DNA of 63,500 bases, counting the filler, from Chiloscyllium plagiosum (taxonomy: Eukaryota), in the NCBI RefSeq assembly GCF_004010195.1. It is 7 parts of 7 records of this genome, joined end to end, with 100 filler letters (N's around TTAATTAATTAA, not from the genome) between each part and the next. Parts side by side here need not be neighbours in the genome. Positions count along the whole stretch, not along the records: positions 46,542 to 57,033 come from NW_025214852.1; positions 57,134 to 63,500 come from NW_025200148.1; 5 more parts are not named here. One strand, written 5' to 3'. Shown here piece by piece: positions 49,250 through 61,473 of this stretch; positions within the stretch are counted from its first letter, which is position 1; every line of letters begins with the position of its first letter. The notes below the pieces were generated by a model. It searched no databases. It saw only the letters and a program-made list of their open reading frames with translations, and had not been told where the DNA came from. Made by a program: the position numbers and the translations under genes.

Positions 49250-52200
49250 AGTGTTCAAGACAGTCCACAGAGGAGAGACAACTTTAAATAGAACAGGACT
49301 GAGCTGGCAGGACAAAGGTCATTGTCAGCACTGAATTTCAACACTCCTCCTTCTCAGGACTGGCTATGGGGACACATCTGAGGTTCAGGAGTTAAGGCAG
49401 TTCATTGGGACAGCGTAGAGAGAGCTTTATCCTATGTAAAACCTCATGCTGTCCTTGTCCTGGGAGTGTTTGACAGGTCAGGGTTGACTTGTGATGCTAA
49501 GTAAAATCTCTTGAAGATGCTGAAAACTGTCAGCTGTACAAAACAATGTGAACATCAGAAGACTCTGCTTCAGTAAACCAGATCTCCTTCCTTCTCAGCC
49601 GCCAGTTCCAATTTAAGATTTTTATCACTGTTTAAAGGGACAGGATTCGCATGTTACTGAGAAAACCTCCACAAGTGTTTTCCTCAAGCATCATTGTGGT
49701 TGTGAATTTGAGCAGCTTCCGCTGTCTGGGCTGTTAATTTCAGTGTTTATTCTCTCAAAGTCAATCAAAACAGATTAAAGTTGAAGAAGATTCAGTCTCT
49801 GTTTCTGTGTGCTTTGGAAATGGACCACTCCCTTCAGCTGATTGGATGCATTTTAGAATAGCATTGTCACAATTAGCTGTTTGGTCTGTCAATCAGTAAG
49901 ACTTTCGTTGTAGTATGGACTGACGGCCAATTATCAATCATTTTCAAATGATCCCTTTGATCTGGAAACTGTGGAGGTTACAAGTTTACAAACAGAACAG
50001 AAACTGAAAGCTGTTGGGACTCTGTAATTACAATCTGAGGCATTCCACCTTAAATCTTTTGATCCAGGCAGAGTTGCTGGGATCGTACTGTGCGCTCTCT
50101 GCTGCATGCTGGATAATACCTGTAATGTTCTTAGGCCAGTCACTGAGAATGGAGGCTGTGTGTCTATCTGAGTCTGAGTCTGAGTGTGAGTGTGAGTGTG
50201 TATGTATTACATAATGCTGCCTGAGGTGTCACTGTGAGTGTGGGTGTGTTATTCAGAGATACCGACATGCAGCACTGAGTAACATGTTCACACTCAGAGA
50301 GACACCTCCAGGCAGCATGGACTGTGAGCATGTTACTCAGTGCTCAGAGAGTGTGGTGGTGGAAAAGCATAGCAGGTCAGGCAACATCTGAGGAGCAGGA
50401 GAATCAATGCCTTCATCAGGAAAATTCCTTCATCAGGATGTCCAAAGCGTTGATTTTGCTGCCGCTCAGATGCTGCCTGACCTGCTGTGCTTTTCCAGTA
50501 CCACACTCTCGACTCTAAGCTCAGCATCTGCAGTCCTCACTTTTGCCTTGTTACTCAGTGCTGCCTGGCACTCTGAATGTGTGTGTTACTCAGTGTTGCC
50601 TGTAGATTTCTCTCTGAATGTGTGTGTTATTCTTTACTCCCTGTCAGTATCTCATTGAGTGTGAATGTGTTACTCTGTGCTGCCTATAGGTGTCTCTGAG
50701 GTATTTGTCTCTGAGTGATGGATAGAGGCTTTGTGATGGGAATTGAAGATTTGGCTTTAATCTTATCAAATCATGAATGAAATACACTTCAGCCTGAAAT
50801 GGCGCTTACTCCCTGTCAGTATCTCATTGAGTGTGAATGTGTTACTCTGTGCTACCTATAGGTGTCTCTGAGGTATTTTACTCTGAGTGATGGGGAGAGA
50901 ATGGGCTTTGTGATGGGAATTGAAGATTTGGCTTTAATCTTATCAAATCATGAATGAAATACACTTCAGCCTGAAATGGCGCCTCCGTGAGATGGCCAAA
51001 GTTAAAAATCACACAACACCAGGTTATAGTCCAACAGGTTTCTTTGGAAGTANNNNNNNNNNNNNNNNNNNNNNNNNNNNNNNNNNNNNNNNNNNNNNNN
51101 NNNNNNNNNNNNNNNNNNNNNNNNNNNNNNNNNNNNNNNNNNNNNNNNNNNNNNNNNNNNNNNNNNNNNNNNNNNNNNNNNNNNNNNNNNNNNNNNNNNN
51201 NNNNNNNNNNNNNNNNNNNNNNNNNNNNNNNNNNNNNNNNNNNNNNNNNNNNNNNNNNNNNNNNNNNNNNNNNNNNNNNNNNNNNNNNNNNNNNNNNNNN
51301 NNNNNNNNNNNNNNNNNNNNNNNNNNNNNNNNNNNNNNNNNNNNNNNNNNNNNNNNNNNNNNNNNNNNNNNNNNNNNNNNNNNNNNNNNNNNNNNNNNNN
51401 NNNNNNNNNNNNNNNNNNNNNNNNNNNNNNNNNNNNNNNNNNNNNNNNNNNNNNNNNNNNNNNNNNNNNNNNNNNNNNNNNNNNNNNNNNNNNNNNNNNN
51501 NNNNNNNNNNNNNNNNNNNNNNNNNNNNNNNNNNNNNNNNNNNNNNNNNNNNNNNNNNNNNNNNNNNNNNNNNNNNNNNNNNNNNNNNNNNNNNNNNNNN
51601 NNNNNNNNNNNNNNNNNNNNNNNNNNNNNNNNNNNNNNNNNNNNNNNNNNNNNNNNNNNNNNNNNNNNNNNNNNNNNNNNNNNNNNNNNNNNNNNNNNNN
51701 NNNNNNNNNNNNNNNNNNNNNNNNNNNNNNNNNNNNNNNNNNNNNNNNNNNNNNNNNNNNNNNNNNNNNNNNNNNNNCAGTAAGGGAGGGATTTCAGAGG
51801 CAGTGGGCACTGTGCTCCCTAATGTGTTGCCTGATTACAAGGGGATTTTCTGTATCCAGGGTCATTGCAGTTGTGGCTGCCTGCCCAGCCAGTGCTGACT
51901 ACCCATAGTCATATTTCAATGGTCAATTAGCTCTAAACTAGGTGCAGTAATATTACCTTACAGAGAGGGGAGCTGTCTGAACGAGGGTGGTTGAATTCTT
52001 GCAACCCCAAGGGGGGTTGCAGTGGATTAGTGAAGGGCACTACCAACATGAAGGTGCCACCTTCTCTCCCCCTGCCTCAGCTCTGGTGACCCTTGGATTA
52101 AACTCACCACCATTTGGCTCTGTCATTAATGAGCGAGTGAGACTAGATTAGATTAGATTAGATTACCTACAACAGGAATTTCGGCTCAACCAATCCAGAC

Positions 52201-55200
52201 CGACCCACCAAACAGAAACCCACCCGACCCATTTCCCTCTGACTAATGCACCTAACACTATGGGCAACTTAGCATGGCCAATTCACCTGATTTGCACATC
52301 TTTTGGCTGTGGGAGGAAACCAGAGCACCCGGAGGAAACCCAGGCAGACACAGGGAGAATGTGCAAACTCCACACAGACATTCACCCGAGGCTGAATCGA
52401 ACCTGGAAACCTGGTGCTGTGAGGCAGCAGTGCTAGCAGGGATGATGACCATGTTCCTGGGTGATGGAGGGAAGGTCAACCTCTCCCAAAGGCAGCAAAA
52501 GCTGGATTGAAGGGGCATCAAGAGTAAGCATGGGGAGATTGAGGGTGACAGAAGGAGGGGGTTGATTGGCAGGTTGTTATTCAGAGTCAGGTACCAGAGT
52601 ATCAGTCCTTCTGACACTCCCCTTTTTATCTGTCAGCCAGGGCTCCCTGATTGGGCAAGGTTAATCCCCATCAGGGAACTCATATTTTATCAGAAAAAAA
52701 TAAACACTTATCGAACAAGGAGTGCAAGAGCTAAAGGACACTGAACAAAATGAATGGTTTGAAAGATTTCTTTATGAACATCGCAAATGAGATTTGGGAA
52801 AGAACTTCTTTCACTCAGAGGGTAGTGGGAATCTGGAATGGGCTGTCATAGAATCCCTACAGGGTGGAAACAAGCCATTTGGTGCAACAAGTCCCGACCA
52901 ATCCTTTAAAGAGAAATTCACCCGAGATCCATTCCCCTTGGCTATTTCCCCTGACTAACACACCTAACTAACACATCGCTGAACACTATGGGCAATTTTA
53001 GCATGGTCAATTCACCTAACCTGCACATCTGTGGATTATGGGAGGAAACTGGAGCACACAGAGGAAAAACACACAGACACGGGGAGAATGTGCAAACTCC
53101 ACACAGATACCCGGGGCTGGAATCGACCCGGGTCCCTAGTGCTGTGAGGCAGCAGTACTAACCACTGAGTCACCATGCCACCCATAAAAAAGCCCAAAGA
53201 GTTGAGCTTTTATTAAGCTCCATGAGTCTGATGTGACACAAACTATAAACTCGCAACCCTCTGTCAGGGAAGGTAGTGGAGGGTAGCTACCTTACAACTC
53301 TTGAATATCATAACATTCACGGATTTGGGACAACGGCAGGAAATTGGGATGAAAGTGCCTTCAGTTGTAATTATGTTGGTGCAGACTCAATGGGCCAAAG
53401 GGTCTTTTCTATGCTGTATCTATGCTGAGAGGGCTGTGCAGGTTAATGGTGACTAGTATAGGTTGTCGAAGGTGACAAATACATGATCAAAGGTCAGAGG
53501 AAATGGTTCAAGCTTCAGTGAAGGCCCAAGTAGGTGCTTGGAAGGAGGGTCAAGGCTAATGGAGGCAAGGCCAATGGAGACTGAGCGAGGGCACAGAGTG
53601 CTGGTTGGCATCTCCAGGGGTTGTAGTGAGGCATATGGGGACAAGAGGGGAGTGTGTAGGGAGCGAGTACAGTTTCAGATGAAATGCGACCTTTGCCAGC
53701 AGCAGCATGATCTTCAGCACCAGGGGGTGTCCCTGTCTGTGTCAGGCTCACTGACTGCTCTCTATGTGATTCCACACAGCCACTCGTCTGGTCACCACGC
53801 AAAGTTTTGCTCATGTTTATACTATTGGCTACAGCACAGTCTGCACCCAGCATCTGCACCTTCTGTCTATGCCTCTGTCTATACACACCGTCTGCACCCT
53901 CCGTTGACACCCCGTGTCCACACCCACTGTCTATACCGCTGTCAGCACCCTCCATCCACACCTCCCATCTTTCTGCTGTTGTAAGATTGTATCCAATGAT
54001 TCCATTGAGCTTACTGCAACAGAAGCCTGAATTTTAGAACTGGCAATGATTGTCCTCTAACCCTGACCTTCAATGTCTGTCTTCCATAATGAGGTGATTA
54101 ATATTAATTACTGAATGCCATTTGATTTCTGTGATGGCAGGATTGATGTATAAAGAGAGGTTGAGTTGGTGAGGATTGTTTTCATTGGAGTTTAGAAGAA
54201 TGAAGGAAGGGAATCTTGTAGAAAGCTATAAAATTGGAAAAGGACGAGACACGTTAGATGGAGGTGGGGAAGTCCAGAACCAGGGCTCATAGTTTAAGGT
54301 TGAGGGGTAAACTCTATAGGATAGAGATGAGGGAAAATGTTTTCATTCAGAGAGTGGTAAGCCTGTGGAATTCTCTGTCACAGAAAGTTGTTGAGGCCAA
54401 AACATTATGTTTTCAAGAAGGGGGTAGAGATAGCTCTTGTGGCTAAAGAATCAAGGGATATGGGGTAGGGAGGGATTACAGTGTAGTGCTCGATGATCAG
54501 CCATGACCATAGATAGATTCTTGATGACTGAAGGGATGAAACATTTTCAGAGAATGTAGAATTGAGGTTAAAATCAGATCAACCATAATCTTATTGAATG
54601 GGGAGCAGGTTCAAAGGGCCGAGTGGCCCAATTTTGTTCTTTGCCCATATGTTGCCTCATACACTTTCACACAATCGAAGACTGTCATTTGTATTTTCTA
54701 CCTGCAGATTAAGCTGCTTGTGCAATAGGCCTCATCTGCACAGTGTTTTCTCCAGCCTTTCACCATGATATGTTTAAGATAATGGTCCCATAATCAATCT
54801 ATTAACTTTGTAAGTTAGTTTATTTAAAGCAATAAAACACATTACAAGTCGTGAAGCAGACATTACACCAAGCAAGGATGGGCTGCACTGAGGCTCAGTG
54901 GTCAGCACTGCTGCCCAACAGCACTAGGGACCCAGGTTCGATTTCAGCCTCGGGCAACTGTCTGTTTGGAGTTTGCACATTCTCCCCGTGTCTCTGTGGG
55001 TTTCCTCTGGGTGCTCCGGTTTCTTCCCACAGTCCAAAGATGTGCAGGTTCGGTGAATTGGACAAACTAAATTGTCCATGGTGTTCAGGGATGCGTGGGT
55101 TAGGTGCAGTAATCAGGGAATATGTAGAGTAATGGGGTGAGGGAGTGGGATGCTCTTTGGAGGGTCAGTCTGGAGGCCTATTTCCACACTGTAGGGATTC

Positions 55201-56394
55201 TGTGAATTGATCTTGGTCTGTGCAGCTTGCAGGCTCACAGATGACTAACTGGTGGGTAAAGTTCAACACTGTACATACACAGGGATGGATTTTCTTAAAG
55301 GTAATGTGTGCACACAGCACACAGCTACTGAACATCAAGGCAAGATAGTTACATTCTCTCTAGTTGGAGACAGTCATTGCCTGGCAGCTGTGTGGCACAA
55401 ATGTAATCTTATTCATGTTCCAACCCCACATCTCTACCAGTAAAATGTTTTGGAACAACCTTAGGTGACAAAAAGTGCTATACATTTGGGGTGGCATGAT
55501 GGCTCAGTGATTGGCACAGTTGCCTCACAGCGTCAGGGACCCGCCTCAGGCAGGTCTGTGTGGAGTTTGCACATTCTCCCTGTGTCTGAGTGGGCTTCGC
55601 CCGGGTGCTCTGGTTTCCTCCCACGGTCCTAAAGATCTGCAGGTCAGTAAATTGGCCATGCTAAATTGCCGATAGTGCCCAGAGATGAGCAGGCTAGGTG
55701 GATTAACCATTGGAAAATACAGCGATAGCATAGGGGTCTGGATGGAATGCTCTTCAGAGGGGTGGTGTGGACTCGATAGGCTGACTGGCCTACTTCCACA
55801 CTATAGGCATTCTGTGATACAAATGTAAGTTGCTTCTTTCCATTCTAGCCCTGAAGCATGCATGTGGTTCTGTCTCATATCCACTCAAGAGATGGCATGT
55901 GGTTCTGTCTCATATCCACTCAAGAGATGGCAACCCTTTGAAGACAGGATCAGCCTCTATTCTTTTGGAAAGTACTTCTTCCACTCTGTGTCCTTCACAG
56001 CCTTGTAGACAGCAATAATGAGATCAGGAAATAACCCAAAGCTATAATCTTCTGGGCTCTTCATTAAACTGTGGAACCTGAAAAGTACAATTAATGTCCA
56101 AGTCAATGAAGATATTTCTCAGCAATCCCTAAATGCTGAGTTTTAGTACTCAGCAGGCCCCAGGAGTCAAAATAACTGAGTAGAACATTGCTCTGAATTA
56201 CTCATAAATGTCACCTTCACATTTCTGGAGGCTTTGATCAAAAAGGTTGCTTACTTCTCTCCAGTATACAGCTTAAAATCAGCTCAAACTCCCAACCATC
56301 CAGCTGAGAGCGGAGCCCTGTACAAACTGGAACCTGGTCAGTGGGAGCACTGTCACCTCTGTCTCAGAAGCTTTGTCTATTTAAACCATTGTCT

Positions 56395-57033
56395 TAGTCA
56401 GAGAGTCTTTCTGCACGGAAACAGACCCTTCGGTTCAACTCATCCATGCCAACCAGACATCCTAATCTAGTTCCATTTGCCATGATTTGGCCCATATCCC
56501 TCTAAACTCTTCCTATTCATGGACCCATATAAATGATGTAATTGTACCAGCTTCCACCACTTCCACTGGCTTCTCATTCCGTGCATGCACTATCCTCTGC
56601 ATGAAAAGTTGCCGCTTAGTTCCCTTACAAATCTTTCAACTATCACCTTAAACCTATGCCCTCTAGTTTTGGACTGACATACCCTGAGACAAAGACCTTG
56701 GAATTCACCTTATCGATGCCCCTCATGATTTTATAAACGTCCATAAGTTCACCCCTCAACCTCCAACGCTCCAGGGAAAGTAGCCGCAATCTATTCAGCC
56801 TCTCCCTGTAGCTCAAACCCTCCAACCCCGGCAACATCCTTGCAAATCTTTTATTCAGCCTCCTGTAGCTCAAACCCTCCAACCCCGGCAACATCCTTGC
56901 AAATCTTTTTTTGCCCCCTTTCAAGTTTAACAACATTATTCCTGTAGCAGGAAGACCAGAACTGAGCCCTGTATTCTCAAGGTGTCCTCACCAATGGCCA
57001 CTTTGGTGGACAGCCAGAACATGACATCCCAAC
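56395..57033 (-). mobile_element. CR1 LINE 3' end with internal tandem duplication
   Basis: RFARMLPGLEGLSYR occurs twice, followed by SLERWRLRGELMDVYKIMRG. Confidence 0.85.
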
Positions 57034-58455
57034 NNNNNNNNNNNNNNNNNNNNNNNNNNNNNNNNNNNNNNNNNNNNTTAATTAATTAANNNNNNNNNNN
57101 NNNNNNNNNNNNNNNNNNNNNNNNNNNNNNNNNTGGAGGTACACTGCAAGAAACAAACAAAACAGTTAAACGACTTGTTTAACAAGTTAGTGACCCTTCA
57201 GTAGTAAACTTAATGCGTTGAATATTGGAGATGGAGACAGAGACAAGCGAAATCAATGATGTTCTTCTCATCTCAGATCCAGAGGCCCATTCAAAACAGC
57301 ATTTCACTGATTATGACAAATCCATGCAGCCGATACACACAGTAACTTGCTCATTATGGGTCTGAACAAAATAATGTAATGTATGCATGTTACTATCCGA
57401 TTAATAAAAATGGGAGGAGTAGTCTTTGTTGTTTGATAAATTCGATCAGAAGAGGAAACTGGGCTCAGTGATCTTGAGGTGAAGCAATCATAAAAAGTCT
57501 TCGCATCACACTTATTTTACAAGCAACTGAGGTCATAGAAATGTATTCCTTATTTATCAGAACTGCAAGCTCCCATGTTAATTTGATGTTTTCAGTTTTA
57601 TTATGTCAATAAATGTGTTCAATTTCTTCTTCAGCATTACCTTCTGAACACACAAACTCCACAATCACCGCAAAGGCAGCAAAACTATTGGAGAACCAGA
57701 AACTACAACGTCTTAGCCAAAGCACCCTCACTACGCCAAGTTCGAATCTTATCATCATTCTTTTACAGTAACAAAGTCAAAATCCATGAGTTTCTCTTCC
57801 TAATAGAATTGGGGGTACATTTACCAGATTGGCAGTCCGTGGCATCTTGGTAGCGTCACTGCTATCGCAATCCAGTTGCTCAGATTAGGTTTTAGATGTC
57901 ATGGACCCTTCATTCTATCTGGAGGTATTTGATCCCATATTCTCATAATATGGAGTTAAAGCTTAGCACCTGGAAATGACTGTGAAGCTCTCATTGGTGT
58001 GCTCTCAACAATGTCTTCTGCAAATGCAATGAAATCCTTGGCGTGTTACTTACACCCACTTGCAATGAAGACAAATCTAGAAATATCATTGTCGGCTCCT
58101 TACTATAATTATACACGAATTCTGAATAGCTAGTGTTGTGAACAGATAAACGAAACATTCCTCTAACATTTTGCCGATTTAGACAGACGTCTAATCCATA
58201 AGAGAGTGAAGGGTTATGGAAGTAAAGCAGAAAATTGGGTTTTAATATTTTCAAGTCATCCATATTCTCATTGAAATGTAGTATCCCGGTTGACTGAATG
58301 GTCACTTTCTGCTTTTACATCTTATTGTCTATTGTGCTCTAATGATTATTGATGAAATTCTGCTCTCGGTTTATTGTCATGAAAAGTACACTCTCAAGTT
58401 CCCTCCAGAGTCGCTGCCACTGATTTTATAAGTAAATGTTTATATTTCATGCTAC

Positions 58456-58474
58456 TACTGCCCTCTGGTGGCAG
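58456..58474 (-). promoter_or_regulatory. Candidate CTCF-binding site
   Basis: The minus strand reads CTGCCACCAGAGGGCAGTA, a close match to the CCASYAGRKGGCRS core. Confidence 0.6.
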
Positions 58475-60559
58475 CCTGTTATAATTTTTTCACCACGTTC
58501 AGAGAAATTGGACAAATTATTTTCAGAGAGTCTCAGAGATATAAAGAAAAGAAAGAGAGCCAATTCGTCCACGACGACCAGATATCCCAAACAAATTGAT
58601 TTCCATTTAAAAGCATATTGCCCATATCCCTCTAAACACTTCAGATTCATCAAGGTTTCTTTTAAATTTTGCAAGTGTTTCAGCCTCCACCACCTCCTCG
58701 CAGAGCTCACTCCATAAACATGCAGCCCTTTGCATGAAAAAGTTGCCGCTTTGGTCCCTTTTAATTCTTTTCCCTCTCGCCTTAAATCTATAACCTTCAC
58801 ATTTGGACTCCCTCACCCGGGGGAAGTGATCTTATCCAATGAGGAGAAAGTGAGATCAGCAGATGCTGGAGATCAGACTCAAGAGTGGGGTGCTGGAAAA
58901 GCACAGAAGTCATGCAACGTCCTAGGAGTGGGACAATCGACATTATTGGTACTCGCCCTTTATCAGGAATGAGACAATCTAATTCTTGATTAAGGGCTTG
59001 TGCCCAAAACGCCAATGCTCCTGCTCCTCGGATGATGCCTGTCCTGCTACGCTTTTCCAACAACCCACTTTCGAATCTTATTCCATGGCCCTGTCCGTGA
59101 CCTTAATGATTTTATACACCTCTTTAAGGTCACACCTAAGCCTCCAAAGCTCCAATCGAAACAGCTCCTGCTTATTCAGCCTCTCACAACAGCTCAAACT
59201 CTCCAACCCTCGCACATCCTTGTAAACCTTTTGATAATATATTCTGCTTTTACTACAGGAATCATTCACTGTATGGACATGTATTTTCTGTGTAATTGTT
59301 TTCTGATGATCGTCATAACTGTTCAGCATTCCAAATAACTTTTACGAAGAAAGTTTAATGCACAAAGTGGACATTATGCCTGTAGTGCATTTCAGCCAAG
59401 GTTCAGTTACAAGAAACATTTTCATCATTCTATCGTACAGACATGAAGGACCCGTGGGCCTATTTCTGTGCTGCATTCTTCTATTACTGATTCTAACTGT
59501 CGCTTCAATGTCTTGACTCAATCAACAATAAGTTATGACATTATTGCTGTTGGTGTTACTGAGTTGTCAGACACTGTTTTCCATCACTGCACATTGGCGA
59601 ACTGAGACAAAGACTGAGCGCTCCCATAAACTATCCATGCAACTGGTTACCATGAACTTGCATGTCTGCTCATGTTTTTGATAAACAGGTTTCACCTCTT
59701 CTATAACGGAAGAGTTACTCTGACTGCGCAGGATGTATTAACTCCAGAATGGTGCCAAGTCCCACAAGCGTCCTTATTCCAGAATCAGGAATGTCTCTTT
59801 CATGACTCAGTTTCAAAATGGGTTCATGTAATTCTCAATTGTCGCCAGAGGATGAGAAGGAGCCCATCGGTCTTTATAGGACATAAATTTCTCGAAGTGA
59901 CCCGCTGGCAAAGAAGGAAACCTTACATGAAGGATGAAAAATTCTCAGTTCCATCCAGACTGACCGCAGAAGCTTCACGTGACTGGACGGCTCACAGTCA
60001 CGAGTCAGTCATCACAATATGTTTTTGATTGGTTATTATTGTTAAGATATAAATTAGAAACCCCTTTCCTATTCATATGTGAACCAAGTCTGCGTGACAC
60101 TGGATCACAGAACCTATCGTTCACCATTCTGCAGTTGCAAATATAGACATAACAGGGCAATACTGAAAAACCCGCAATGTGGTTGATGCTGTTCTCGTTG
60201 CACGAGTGTTTGATTATTAGAAATACGTGACAGGTTATTGTATCTCAAATGAGTTCTGCTATTCCCTATGTCGCTGGAGAATTCTGTTCTACCGAAACCT
60301 TTTCCTGCATTTTCTGCACTACAACATCACTGGAACAGTGAAATAGTTTGGGACATCTCAAAACACACAAAACAAATTATTTATATGCAATATATTGAAC
60401 TAAAAGTATTAGTTCATATTAATAGTAGATTATTAATCATTAAAGTTTTCTGTTCGAAAACTTTATCAGTGATATCAGTCTGAATGCGGGTATCACTTCA
60501 GAGCCGCCCCTGATCTCAATGTTTCCTTGACATGCTATCATGTTCAATTGCTCTCTGAC

Positions 60560-60598
60560 AGTTTTTGTCCGGGGTCAGCCCAGTTCCGAGTCTCTGTG
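60560..60598 (-). other. TCR V 23-RSS
   Basis: CACAGAG (60598-60592), a 23-nt spacer, and ACAAAAACT (60568-60560). Confidence 0.93.
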
Positions 60599-60905
60599 GG
60601 GTTCAGTGCGCAGTAATACACTGCAGAGTCTGGAAGTTCTGTATTCAACATATTCAGCTGGATAGTGCGGTTCACATGATCCAACGTCGAGGAAAAACGG
60701 TCTCCTGGAAGTCTGTCTGTGGTGCTGATATATTGGTTTCTCTTTAGGAGATATTCCATGGAGCCGCTGGAATGCTGCCGGTACCAGAAGAGGTAAGGAT
60801 CACTGCTTGTTGTAGCAGTGTAATTACAAAATAACAGGACATCATCCCCCTCATTCACTGCGATTGCGGCGGGTCTTTGTGAGACAGAATCTGCATAACA
60901 GCGCC
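60599..60905 (-). CDS. T-cell receptor alpha/delta V segment, V exon (open frame, germline configuration)
   Basis: Acceptor tctcttacag, then RCYA-DSVSQRPAAIAVNEGDDVLLFCNYTATTSSDPYLFWYRQHSSGSMEYLL...DRFSS...LPDSAVYYCALNP. DSVxQ, CxY, YLFWYRQ and DSAVYYCAL are TRAV/TRDV hallmarks. Confidence 0.93.
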
Positions 60906-61421
60906 CTGTAAGAGAGTAAATTTTAAAAGTTGATTCATGATTCTTATTGCCCAGATGCAGCCCGTTCACCTTGATCAGTAAACAGAGAAAGAAGAGGCAG
61001 AGAAGCTGGAAAAGAATCCAACTCGTACAACTCAGCCACTGGGACCAACAAGATTTTGACATATGAAATAAAAAGATTTTTTAAAAAAAGAAACACAGGC
61101 CACGCGTTTAACGAGATGATTTCCCATTTCCCTTCCAAGGGGACACCTGGAAACATTCGGTTAGTTTCAAAGTCCAGCCTTTTTCCAGTCATTTCAGGTC
61201 GCTTCAGTCCTGTGTGGATTCCCAGCCTAACTCTTCCACTGTCATTTTGCAAGTACAGTCGCTAATTTCTTCCAATCTTTGCTGAGTTGGGACACGTTTA
61301 GACCCAGATTATTTTCATCTGTGGAAAATGTGTTCCTGCCTCTGTGATGCCAGAACAGCGCGAATCAATGTGTATCCCGGCAAACAGCTGACGCATAATG
61401 TTCCACAAGCTGTGGACCTAC

Positions 61422-61473
61422 AGGTTAGAAGAGCTGCAGCCGTGAGTAACGAGCAGAGAGTTCGAGACGGCAT
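61422..61473 (-). CDS. TCR V leader exon
   Basis: 52-nt phase-1 exon MPSRTLCSLLTAAALLT with a T/GTAGGT donor. It joins the V exon in frame (T|GG = Trp). A CCAAT motif lies about 100 nt upstream. Confidence 0.82.

Noticed and set aside
54880-55000. tRNA gene
   Set aside because: The A/B-box sequence is the head of a SINE and continues into the SINE body.
60599-60905. NAR-TCR supporting V delta or IgNAR V
   Set aside because: It has its own leader exon and no extra Cys in the mature domain, and the motifs are ordinary TRAV/TRDV.
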